From the NCBI GenBank assembly GCA_043228905.1, contig JBHGNT010000004.1:21514001-21578000 (forward strand): 64,000 nucleotides of DNA, written 5' to 3'. The notes below the pieces were generated by a model. That model searched no databases and had not been told where the DNA came from. It was given only the letters and a program-made list of their open reading frames with translations. Source of the stretch: Azolla caroliniana (Eukaryota > Plantae > Polypodiophyta). Shown piece after piece: positions 48,601 to 61,243 of the stretch (position 1 is the stretch's first letter; each line of letters begins with the position of its first letter). The translations under genes and the position numbers were made by a program.

Positions 48601-51149
48601 CGGCAGTAAGCCGAATTACGACAAGCTGAGGATCTTCGGATGCGAGGCGTACGCCCTTATTCCGAAAGATGATCGCTGAAAACTTGCACCTCGGTCCAGG
48701 AAATGCATTTTCCTTGGATATGGATCAGACGGCGAAATGGGATACCGACTCTGGGACCCCGAACGCAGACAAATCGTTCGAAGTTCGGACGTTGTGTTCA
48801 ACGAGTCGGCTATGAATCCATCAGTCGAAAAACCGATCGAAGTCCGAAGGGTAACATTTTCCGATGTGCCGACCCTTCAAGAAGGCCCCGCTCTTAACAC
48901 ACGGTCAGCTTCACGGGTAGCTGAACCTTACACTCCCGACTCGGACAGCTCCGACTCGGCACAACCGAATGACTCGCTTTCGGACCATCCGACCTCGATA
49001 CCCGATGCGACCAGTCCAATCATACCTCGACGATCCGAGAGACTGTCGCAACCTCCGGAGAGGTATTCTCCTGGAATTTTCTTCACCGACGCCGGCGAAC
49101 CGACGTCTTACGAAGAAGCATCGACATCTGTCGATTCAGCCACCTGGCATCTGGCGATGGAGTCGGAAATGCACTCCATTCGGGCAAACAAGACTTGGGA
49201 TCTGGTCGAATTACCTAGGAACCGACGTGCTCTTCCTTGCAAGTGGGTTTATCGACTAAAAGAGACGTCTGATTCGACCACCCCAAAGTACAAGGCCAGA
49301 TTAGTTGCGAAGGGCTTCCGACAAGAATATGGCGTCGACTTCGACGAGATTTTTTCACCAGTGGTAAAAATGACAACCCTTCGTTTCCTACTCGGCGTAG
49401 TGGCAGCCGACAACTTGGAGCTGCTTCAGCTAGATGTCAAAACAGCCTTCCTCCATGGTGATCTTGAAGAGGAAATTTATATGGAGCAGCCAAAAGGCTT
49501 CGTGGCGACTGGCCAAGAACATCTAGTCTGCCGACTCAGGAAGAGTCTATACGGCCTCAAACAGGCACCGCGACAATGGTACAAGAAGTTCGACGACTTC
49601 ATCCAATCGATCGGCTTCTCAAAAAGCGATGAGGACCATTGTCTCTTCACCAACACAGCTCAAGATGGATCACCCATCTTCCTCATCATTTACGTGGACG
49701 ACATGCTAATTTCTGGACGCCACGCGGGCGAACTTGCCGATCTCATTCGGCAACTGCGGTTGAAGTTTGCCATGAAGGACCTCGGTCCGGCACGACACAT
49801 CCTTGGCATGAAGATTAGTCGGCATCGCGATAAACGACATCTTTTTTTGTCTCAGACTGACTATATCGGACGTGTCTTGGAACGCTTCAACATGCAATCA
49901 GCCAAATCTGCTTCAACCCCGCTCCCCATGAATCTTCGGCTCTCTCAGCGAGACTGCCCGACATCCGGTTCGGAGGGGGAAGATATGAAGTCGGTACCGT
50001 ATGCACCGGCAGTCGGCTCCCTTATGTACCTGATGGTCGCGACACGGCCTGATATTTCTCATGCCGTAGGAGTCGTTAGCAGATTTATGCACAATCCTGG
50101 CCGATCGCATTGGAACGCAGTCAAGCATGTGTTCAGATATCTGGCTGGCACAAAAGACCATGGCATTCTTTTCGGTCCGAACCGAACCTCAGGCGTAGTC
50201 GGTTACACCGACTCGGACTTCGCCGGCTGTATAGACAGTCGGAAATCAACAACCGGATACTGCTTCAAATTCGGCAATGGAGCAATTTCGTGGAAGTCGA
50301 AACTTCAGGAGTGCACAACGACCTCAACGACCGAAGCAGAATATGTAGCTGCGTCCGACGCAGCAAAAGAAGCCTTATGGCTTGGTCGGCTGGCGCACAC
50401 GTTTCGGCAAGTCGACCATGACTCGGCCCCAGTTGTCTATAGCGACAATCAAGGTGCTGTTGCCTTGTCGAGAAATCCGGTTCACCACAACGCCTCCAAA
50501 CATATCGACGTTCGATATCACTTCGTTCGGGACTGTGTCATTTCAGGGAAAATCGGTCTAGAGAAAATATCCACAACCGACAATGTCGCAGATGGAATGA
50601 CCAAGTGTCTTTCGGCAGACCGTTTTCGGTCTCTTCGGCATCAGATGGGCGTAACGACAAACCAGTCCGGTTAGAGCCGGACACAGAGCAGGATGGTTCC
50701 CGACAACCGACATCAGTTCCTTAATGATCGGCTTCAACTGTTCCGACCCGACCAGTTCGGTCTTCTGCCTTCGGACCCTGCCGACTCGAACAAAGCTGAT
50801 ATGTCCGAGAACCTAAGTCTATACCTGTAATCTTAGATAACCCATGTATACGCCCATTACGGGGGAGTGTCGAATACATGTGTATAATGGACGTATTCAC
50901 ACTATCCCGTTTTGGCCATTTATGTAATTAGCATAAAGGGTAGTTGCCCTAAGTCGGTCACTATATATATTGACCTTGTAACCTTTTTGCAAGGTTGGGT
51001 GTTGTATTATTGCTTTGTGAAATAAGGAGTCTTTTGTGTGTGTGTCTCTCTCTCTCTCTCTGTGCACGACCTACAATCTGTCACACGCAGGTATTCAGCA
51101 AGAATCGAATGCTTCTTGATCTTCCGCATAGACGACCTTGTCTACAACA
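45695..51149 (+). mobile_element. Full-length Ty1/Copia element B (same family as A)
   Basis: 282-bp LTRs 45695-45976 (TG mutated to TA) and 50868-51149. TSD GGTTC. PBS TGGTATCAGAGC 45979-45990. PPT GGGGGAG. Confidence 0.95.
46661..50674 (+). pseudogene. Copia B gag-pol with one premature stop
   Basis: Near-identical to the Copia A protein; CGA to TGA at 48677-48679. Confidence 0.92.
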
Positions 51150-54100
51150 GGTTCTTCGTTAGCATGTCGGATCCATTGTCGTCGGTATGGATCTTCACAA
51201 GGGAAAACTCTCCTTCTTCGACTCTCTCCCGCAACCAGTGATACCTTCTCTGTATTCCCAACAGACTCCCCCTTCACTCCTTTGGGAGGAAATCTATCAG
51301 TCCTGTATTTTGTTGACAGAATCTGAGTTTGTCCAAAGGTAGGTTCTTCGTTAGCATGTGGGATCCATTGTCGTCGGTATGGATCTTCACAAGGGAAAAC
51401 TCTCCTTCTTCGACTCTCTCCCGCAACCAGTGATACCTTCTCTGTATGTGCTTGGTCCGGGAGTGGTATGCCGCATTCTTGGCTAGGTGTATGGCACTTT
51501 GGCTGTCACAGTGAAACAAGAACTCCTTTTGCTTCATGCCTAGTTCGGTGAGAAAATTTCTCATCCAGATCAACTCTTTTCCGGCTTCTACCATTGCCAT
51601 ATACTCTGCCTTTGTAGTCGACAAGGCTATAGACTTCTGCAGTCGTGACTACCATGACACTGCTGCCCTTGCATAGGTCATCACGTACCCTGACGTGGAT
51701 TGGCTCGAGTCGACATCTCCTGACATGTCTGAATCGGTAAAACCTTCCAGCACAGGTTTTCCGACACCATACCTTAGGCACACCTCCGAGGTGCCTTTCA
51801 GGTACCGGAGTATCCACTGCACCACTGCCCAATGTTCTCTCCCAAGATTACTCATATATCGGCTTACTACTCCCACACCAAATGCTATGTTCGGTCTCGT
51901 ATAGACCATAGTTGTTGTCCAGAGGACAGAAATGTAAATTAGGAAATTAGCAAACGGCGGTGGTGTAACCGAGTAGGGAAGAACGCCAGCGAGCGCCGAG
52001 TCTGAGTATCACGGGCCACCGACAGCTCGGTTGTGTATTAGGGGAAACGTTGTTTAAACAAGGTTGAGTACCTCAGAGGGGGCAGAGAAAAAGTATAGGC
52101 AGAAGCACTAGCAAATTCCATTGTAATTAGATACTATTGTAAGGTCACCGGCCGTAGGCCGCGCTCTGTAACCCTTTTGCTGTCGCATTAATACATATTT
52201 GTTATTGTGCCCATCTTGCTCCATGAGTCTGTGTTTTCTCTCGTGTTTCTGAATTAAGTGTCATCCACGCCTATCAAGATCTCACTAGTGTTCCATCTCG
52301 GATTATTTTCTACCTCACGATGCCTCTGTTTACGAGCCTTCACGTAACACATCCTTTGCTACCGATAACCTCAGGTCTATCGAAGGTGTCACCCAAAGGA
52401 ACGGGTAACACAATTTGGCATGCCCGGTTACAGCTGTGAGTGCACAACGAACTTCGTTGAAGGTAACCACTAGCCGCCGTTACGGCGCCCTCTCGCACCA
52501 CGAGGTCTCGGCCACCTGCCTGATGCCCTGAGCCAGTCGAAGGAACTTCCGACTCGGCGGTCACTGACCAATCCTTTCCCGAGCAATCAGAGGCTCCCCC
52601 AGTGCAATCCTCGCCACCGGACACTCAATCGAGAGTTGATTCCCCACCACAACCCCCGCCAAGCCCTCTGGAGGTCACTCAACCGGAACTAAACCCTTTC
52701 CCGGTGCTACCAGAAGACCCAGAGTACATCATGCCGTACCCATACCCACGTTACACCGACGGACCAGACGCGGAGTCACACATCCGTGCCTTCATATCTA
52801 CGTGGCAGGCCAACCACTCAATGCACCGCCTCACGCCGGCCAAAATCGATGCCTCAAAGATTGCCGAGTTCACACTCTCCCTCGATGGACCGGCCGCATG
52901 ATGGTACTCTCACCTTGAACTAGGAGAGGGAACCACCTTCCAAATCGTGCGCACAAAGTTCCTTGAACTCTTTCAACGCGAGGTGCCCAAATGGGAACTG
53001 CTCCGACAATTCTTCTCGATATGCCAAGAACTGCACGAAACGGTCGCGCAGTTCGCGATCCGGTTCCAGGATCTCTACAGACAAGTGGCTGACGATGTCT
53101 CGACACAACTTATACCGGACACTTTCCTGTCCAATTTACGAGAGCCTCTCCGAACAACTCTCGCACTTACAAATTTTGCCAACCAAACTATCGAGGAAGT
53201 CATAGCGCGAGTCCTCGCCCTCGATCGATCCCAACACGGCACGGCCTTCTTTATGACCTCCCTACATAATGCCCTTCCACAGGAGGACAACCGCTTTCGC
53301 CAAGCCCTCCAATGCACGATCTGTTCAAGGTCGGGTCACCTGGCTCTCGAATCTCCTCATTGCCCACAATGTCCAATTTGCCAATCGCGATCTCACACCG
53401 TCGAACAATGCGAGTACAATATGCTCAATCGCACTACGACCGCACTAGTTCGCCAGATCGAGCCCAGGAACACGTACTCTCGACAGGATGAGCGTAATTC
53501 CTACCGAGACAACGATAAAGATCGCCCACAATCATCAGATAGATGACGCCGGGACGACGATTACCGTCGAGATGACCGCCGGGATCGCTATCGTGACGAC
53601 CGGAACGACGATTATGATCGTTACGACGATGATCGGGATGACATGTATGATTGGAGGAACTCACGTAACGATCGGCGAAACGGAAACCGCAACTCACGCA
53701 ACAATAGAAGGAACAACGACAACCGCCGACGAGATGCTCCTCCAAACGACAGGCGGAACACCAATGCACCTCGGACCAACCCACCACCAAACGAGACAAG
53801 GAATCAACCGCAACAGCTCCCACACACAGACCGGGCTGACACCAACAACTCGGCGAATGTTACGTGTTTTAAATGTAACCAATTCCGCCACTATGCCACG
53901 CGCAATGCCCAACAACCGACCGTGGCAAAGCACCTGCGGTGAACAGTATCATGGCCGATGTTCAAACCGTCACTACCCGGAGTAAAGCGCAGACTACACA
54001 GTGGAAAATCTAGGATGAAGTCCGTTAGGCAGCAAAAGAATGGATCGACACGGCCAATAAAAAGAATGTCGTGCGCATGCAAACTGACATGAGAGACGTG

Positions 54101-55029
54101 CCGAACGAAGCACCACAAATCTCGGTACCATCCACGTCGTTGGAGGACGACCAACTATGGGATGTTCTTACCAACTCCCGCATCTCGCTGCCCCTACATA
54201 AACTGTTACCACTCATGCCGAGATTTCGGGACACCCTGGTGGCACTCCAGGCCAATACTAAGCTCGTGACGCCACCGATACACCTCACCGAAGCAGGCAT
54301 AGGTCCACCACTCATGGATTCTTAGAACCCAGCCGTGCGAATCATCATTAAGGGACAAGACCTACACGGATGCATCATCGACGGCGGATCCGACATAAAC
54401 GTTATTAGCGAGTCAACGTGTCACAACCTCGGCCTGAATCAATGGGAACCATGCCCCTTTTGGCTTCGGATGACCGACACCCGTTCCGTTCGCCCCATTG
54501 GTTTAATCCGCCATCTCGACTTCACACACGAAGGCCACATGTTCACGATCTCGGCCGTCGTGCTAAGACTAGAGACACAAGGAGCCTACCCAATGTTACT
54601 AGGTCGACCATGGTTGCGTACAACGAATATCAAGCAACATTGGCAACGCAACATGATCTCGTTCCGAAGAGGCAAGACAAAAGTCTGAATCATCACTAAA
54701 GAACGAGTCCCCGTGGCCCTCAACATTTTGTCGTTATACGCGGAAGGGGTCCATATGCTTGACGGTTTGGCCGATGAGGAGGTCGATGATTTCGTAGATG
54801 ATCATCCCACGATCATCCCTCTCTTTGAAATCAGTGCTATACCAACCATCGAGCCACCTAAAGACGAGGAAGTCACGGAGGAATCACCACCCCAAGATGA
54901 ACCAGATCCAACCACAGTTGCCGAGCTACGCCATGCTCGGGATGCTTTTGAACGCGAACTCGCCATTTCACAACGAGTCAAAGCATCAACCCTGGAAACA
55001 ATAAACCTCGGCTCGGACGAGAATCCCGT

Positions 55030-57681
55030 ATGTTACAAATTGCCAATAATCTACCAACCGGAGAACGGGCATCCCTCGTACGATTGCTCACCGACTACCA
55101 GGATGTTTTTGCTTGGTCTTACACCGATATGAAGGGGCTGGATCGTCACTACTACCAACATCAAATCCACCTCTTACCCGATACTCGGCCGGTTCAGCAG
55201 AGGCGCTACAGGATGAACCCCAACTACGCCGCTAAAGTCAAAGAGGAAATCGACAAACTACTCCGAGTGGGCTTCATTCGCCCTGTTAAACGGGCCACGT
55301 GGTTAAGCCCAATCGTAGTAGTCCCAAAGAAGAACGGAAAAATCCGCATCTGCGTCGACTATCGGAAGCTTAACACGGCAACAGTCACCGACAGTTTCCC
55401 TCTCCCGTTCACGGATAGCGTCCTCGACACGGTAGCCGGCCACGAATGCTACAGTTTCCTCGACGGGTTTAGCGGCTATAACCAGATAAGAATGCACCTA
55501 GAGGATCAGGAGAAAACCGCTTTCGTCACGGAATGGGGTGTTTTTGTGGCAGAAGTAATGATGTTCGGTCTAAAAACGGCGTCGGCTACGTTCCAACGCA
55601 TCATCACCGAAATCTTTCATTACTACATCCCGGCGTTCATGCAAGTCTTCCTCGACGATTTCGCCGTGTATGGCCATCGATGGGAACACATGACCCAGTT
55701 ACGACTCTGCCTGGACCGATGTCGCCAAGCTCGATTGAGCTTAAACCCGGCAAAATGCGCGTTCTTAGTCACCAGCGGCAACCTTCTCGGCCACATTGTC
55801 AGTCAAGAAGGCATCGCTATGGACCCGGATAAAGTAAAGGCCATCCTGACCGCCCCCGCACCCTCGAACGCAAAGGCACTAAGCCGATTTTTGGGACAAA
55901 TCCGGTGGCACAGCCGAATGATATGGCATCTGGCCGATTTCGCGACACCTTTACACGCGGCAGTCCATCGCCTTCCCTTCCAATGGACGTCAATCGAGGA
56001 CACGGCCTATCAGACCCTGAAACTAATGCTCTCACATGCCCCGGTGGTCCAGCCTCCGGTTTGGTCCGAACCGTTTCATGTCTTCATAGATGCTTCGGAC
56101 ATCGCCATCGGAAGTGCCCTGATGCAATGCACACCCCCAAATTGGTATAGGCCCGTGTACTACGCCAGCCGACGACTCTCGACCGCGGAAAAGAATTACT
56201 CCACCACTGAGCGGGAGGCCCTCGGTATGATTTATAGCATCAATAAATTCTGGCATTACCTCTTGGGCCGGAAGTTTACCTTTCACGTGGATCACTCGAC
56301 CCTTCTTTATTTGGTCAATAAACAAGCCCTCACCGGACGGTTGGCTCGGTGGATGCTCCTACTCCAAGAATTTGATTTCCAGATTCAACATCGACTCGGG
56401 GTACAACACGTCGTCGCCGACTACTTGAGCCGTCTTGAGTCAGGGGAACCGGCGGAAACAACGTACGACGAGCTACCGGACACCAGCCTATTTAACTTGA
56501 CCACGATGCCAGACGATAACGAAGATGAATGGATCACGGAGATGACCCATTTTCTCACTACCGGTTTACCTCTCGAGCACATGTCCCTTGACGCGAGAAA
56601 ACGCCTAGCAGTGTGTAGCTGGAATTTTTGCCTCTTCTCGGATATTCTCTACCACAACGGCTCGGACGGCATATGGCGCCGAGCGATTCGGCAATTCGAG
56701 AAGAACGCCGTTCTTCAGGAGGCCCACCAGGGAGTAGCCGGGGGGCACTACGCCGGGGATTCCACGGCAAGGAAGGTTTGGCAAAGCGGATTGTGGTGGC
56801 CGACAATGAAGAGAGACGCTCACGAGTTTTGCCGGCAGTGCGATTTGTGCCAACGATTGGGGCAACCAATGGAACAATCACGCATGCCACACCAGCCGAT
56901 TCTTCCGTTGGACCCATTTCAAAAATGGGGTTTGGATTTTGTAGGCCCTTTCAAGCCACCCGCGGCCCGTACAGGGAATAGGTATATTATCGTGGCCACG
57001 GACTACTGCACCAAATGGGTCGAGGCTAAGGCACTCCGAGACAACACGGCGGCATCCACGGCAAAATTCGTGTACGAGCATCTTTGGTGCCGTTATGGAT
57101 GCCCAATTGAGCTCGTCAGTGACCAAGGTGGGCACTTCATCAATCATATAATACGTGAGCTTACACATCACTACGCGGTGGTGCACAAGAAAAGCACACC
57201 ATACTACCCGCAGGCGAACGACTTGGCGGAATCGACCAATAAAATCCTCCAAACCATACTGAAGAAGATCGTCAATGAAAATAGGACCGATTGGGATGAC
57301 AAACTCCAGAGCGTGTTGTGGGCATATCGTACGACTTTCAAAACAAGCATCCAATCAACCCCCTTTCGAATGGCGTTCGGGTTAGAAGCCGTAATGCCCG
57401 TCGAGTTCCAAGTCCCGAGCCTCCGAGTTCAAGTCAAAGCACGGCTCCCCGAGGCCCAATCCGAGCAACACCGGCTGGAACAACTCCTCGAACTCGGCGA
57501 AGACAGGATAGAGAGTATGGCCCAACTCGAACAACGCCAACGACAACGCAAGGCTTTCATGGATCGACACCGAAACGGGTTGGAGAAGGAGCTCACCATC
57601 GGCAAACCGGTTCTTCTTTTCCAAACACGACTCGGGTCAATGCCGGGAAAATTAAGATTTCGGTGGACCGGTCCATTCTAG
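55030..57681 (+). pseudogene. Gypsy G pol (RT, RNase H, integrase), with upstream frameshift and premature stop
   Basis: CVDYRKLN, LDGFSGYNQI, FLDD, DASD, NYSTTEREAL, HQGVAGGHYAG, WGLDFVGP, SDQG, YYPQAN. Confidence 0.9.
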
Positions 57682-60600
57682 ATTATCGACGAGTTCAACG
57701 GGACGTTCCAGCTCGGCACACTCGCCGGCGACACTGTCAAAAGCTGGGCCAATGGTTTCCGATTTCGACCATATCGAGGCGCTACACCACCCAACCCGTT
57801 TACCGAGCCACACGGCACAAACGAGTTTCGGGAGACCACCACGGAGGAGGCCACGTGTCCCCCTTAATAAGGACTCACCCACCTTTTTGAAATTAATAAA
57901 GTAGGTAGGTTTAACCATAGTTTAGCCGCCGATTAGCTACACCTACACCACCCACCTAGGCACCCACAATTTAGGAGCACCCCTAGCCACCTCTCATTTA
58001 GTACCTATTTAAGCACATGCAAAGCACTCGAAGCACCCCACTCACCTTCAGGACACGTGGCGCTAGTCACTTATTATGGCACCCACGACTCAGAATCTTC
58101 AGGATTTGCTTCGGGCACAAAACCGTAGGAGTAAGTTACTAAAACTGTTTCCAAAATGCAGCACATACACAGAAGTTCATTATTGCTCCCAACCTCCATC
58201 GCTCTCAAGCTCAGAAGCCCCTTCTCGCTCTCATTGCTCTAAATGCTCTTGCTCTCAAGCCCTCTTTCGCTCTCATAGCCCCTCTGCCGAGCTTCCCCTT
58301 CCTGCTGTTCCTCCTCTGTCTCGCCCTCGCCTCATCACTCTTCCTCATTCTTCCACACAGTCAAACCCCGTCTCCATCTCCACCATGCCTCTTACCGCTT
58401 CAACAGAAACCCGCGCCTAGCTCCAGGAACGAGGAATGGGCGGTTACCTGAAGATCATCGATGCCCCCGCGCACCCGGATGCCCAAGGAGTGGCTAGACG
58501 TATTTGTCCCGAAGCCATCACCAACAACGTGCTTCGGGCTGCTTTGGACCTGCAACGGGGAGGGGACCATGAGGTCGACATAGCCCCGGCATCGAAGTTG
58601 AAAGAGTACTTCGGTGAGTACTCAGCCTCAGGGAAGGCATATCGCACGTATGGCGGTCCCAACAGAGCTTTCGGGGAGATTGCTCGTATATTGATGGAGT
58701 ATGTGTTCGTGCATACGAACCCGACGAGCATGCCGCATAACAAGGCAACCATCATCATCACCGCGTATGAAGGAAACATAGTCGATTGGGGAATCATCAC
58801 AAGCGAAGGACTCCGCGCTGCCTTAGCCTCATTCCAGTCAGGTAAGAAGATGTTGTCTGTTCTTACCCACTTTTTGACGGTTCTATACCCACCCTCTTCT
58901 CTTCCTTCCCCTCGGACACTCACGTCCCCACCACCACCACGAAGGCAGAGAGAGAAATTGGTTGCCATTAGCCACGAAGCATGGGAGGAGCCCACACCGC
59001 CTTCACCTCCTGCTGCCGACCAAAACCCCGCGTCGGCACCACCACCCACCCAACCCCAACAAAACAGGGCAGTTCCCGAGACCTGCCAAGAATGGGAGGA
59101 GGAGACAACCACGGAGGACAACACGGTAGACGATGTCACCATTCGACAGCCAACGCCGCGTCCCTCGGTAACTCCCCCAGAGCCTAGCCCACGCCCCAAC
59201 ACACAGCAGGCAGCACCACAACGACCCCAGAAAAGGAAGCAGGCGGAGGAAACGACACCACCGGCCCCGGAACCCCAAACCCAGCCGAGCAAGAAAAGAC
59301 GACTCAACCACGAGTCCTCGGCAAAACAGAAAGAGCCACAAGAGGAGCAAGCCTTAGTTGTCAGCCAGAGCAACTTGGCCATCATCCCTGTGGAGGCATC
59401 GCTGAACCAGGGAAAGATCAAGCATGGGCAAAAACGCAGATCTCGGAGGATGAAGTCCTCAGTTATAAAGACCTCCCGATGGAGGCATACGAATTTAGTG
59501 CGCTCCTACGCCTCGATACGACATTCGAGTTGGTCGACTTCCTCGCTAGAGCCCAAGTCGCAGCAGCCGCTTGAATGGCGGAAGAGCACGCCGAAACAAA
59601 AATGATTCAACGCGCGCTATTAGGTGAAATTGAGCCCAAGGACAACAGGGCTTTACAAAAAATAGGGAGGAAGAAGCAGGCAAAACAGGCCGCTCTCCTC
59701 ATGGAGGTCCCCGAGTTGAACACGGCCCTCATCGAGGCATATAGGGACCTGGATCGCACTACGTGGGCAGCCAAAGACATGGCTCGAAAGATAAAAACAG
59801 CCCAAAAACAGGCTAAGGTGGCTACGGAGTTATGGCACGCTGCGAAACGGAAATTGGCAGCCTGGGAGCAAAACCGGCCAGAACAAAAACTCTTGAGCCT
59901 TCCGGCCACGACCACCGAGGCCCTCCCAACCCCTCCACGCATAACAATGATAGATGAAAGCACCGTCACAGATTCAATCCTGACGATCCAGGCCATCACA
60001 CTAACGGACTTGTTACAAATGGTCGATGGCTACACAACAACTGAGGTGGCCACGCCCATGGAGAAGACCGAGACACCACCCCCTCGTCCACCCAAGGAGG
60101 TGGCAACCCAGACAGAACCCCCACTCCGAGATTACCGAGCGGAGCTTAAAGAAGAACAACGGCGGACCGAGAGACGCGAACAACGGCATCAAGAGGCCAT
60201 GGCTCGCTTAAAAGAAGAAGCTTCCAAACGGATGGCCAAGATTAGAGCCCAGGCCGACCAAAGGATACACGAGCAGCACGAAGCACTGGGCCGGGTACAA
60301 GCGCAAGCCGCGGGCAAAGAAGCAGAACTCAAAAGGAAGCTGGAGGAATACGCTGTCGTGCCTTTCGGCTTCGGATCGTTTGCGTGAGTCGGGTGGGAAC
60401 CACCGGGGTTTTGGACTAGGAAGAGGAGAGTTTTAAGGCTAATAAGAATATAAATATGTTGTAAGAAAGAGTTATAGCAAACTCGTGAATCCCACGAGTG
60501 TATTGTATTAGATTAATCAATATGAATATAAGAATATAAACTTCGGTTGAAAGAGAATGATATAGAATTCTAGTGAATCCCACGAGTATAGTTTATTAAT

Positions 60601-60940
60601 TGGTGTTTTTTAGAAACATATCCAGTTTCCAAATATTTTTCACACCTATTACATTGTGCTCCCCATCCTTATATAGTGATGGGAGAGACTAAGCATAGCT
60701 ACATGCTTTTTTTCTAATATGTTCATGCACACTAAATGTACATGTGATGCTTTTCTAATCCTTGCTTTTATTTGCTAAATATAGTGCTCATGCACGCTAG
60801 ATGTACATGAGTCACTTTTTAGTTGCTTGCGTTTTTCTATAAAATATTCACGCACTCTAAAAATGCACGATTTACCTTTTAATAAAGGTAGGTGCAAATA
60901 AAGCACTTATAGTTATTAAATCTATTTGTAAAACACTAAA

Positions 60941-61012
60941 GATAAGGTAGCATAATGGTAAGGTTGAGGTTTGTCAACGTGGAGGTGTAGGGTTCGAATC
61001 CTGCCCTATGCA
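60941..61012 (+). promoter_or_regulatory. tRNA-like Pol III cassette in the H LTR (copy 1)
   Basis: A-box TAGCATAATGG 60948-60958. Anticodon-like loop TTGTCAA. B-box GGTTCGAATCC 60991-61001. T-runs downstream. Confidence 0.7.
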
Positions 61013-61243
61013 CGTGATAAATATTTTGATATTCTTATTTTATTTATTTATATGTAATTAAATCGTTTATATTATTTTTACTTTTTCACGTAGTGTACGA
61101 AATACACTACGACACTCGCCCCCTCCGAACCCGCACATCCTCCGGTATGTGCCGAAGTTGCCGATGCTCGTTGTCTCCCCTTCATCCTCCGTTTGTCCCG
61201 CTATGTCAACTTTGTCTCTCCATTTTGAGTAGACCCATTCTTT

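Larger units (their letters stand above)
44936..51912 (-). mobile_element. 3' part of Copia element F (3' LTR, PPT, RNase H, end of RT), interrupted by Copia B and by Gypsy G
   Basis: LTR 44936-45608 shares motifs with the Copia C LTR. PPT near 45610. RNase H ORF pieces 51274-51909 (EGFTDSDMSG, KHIQRRYHW). Confidence 0.85.

Noticed and set aside
58444-59421. 325-aa antisense ORF, and similar antisense ORFs over TE genes
   Set aside because: Shadow frames of GC-rich or Pro-rich sense ORFs with no recognisable motifs.
60941-61012. Functional tRNA-Asp gene
   Set aside because: Acceptor, D and anticodon stems pair poorly; only the promoter boxes and part of the T arm are retained.
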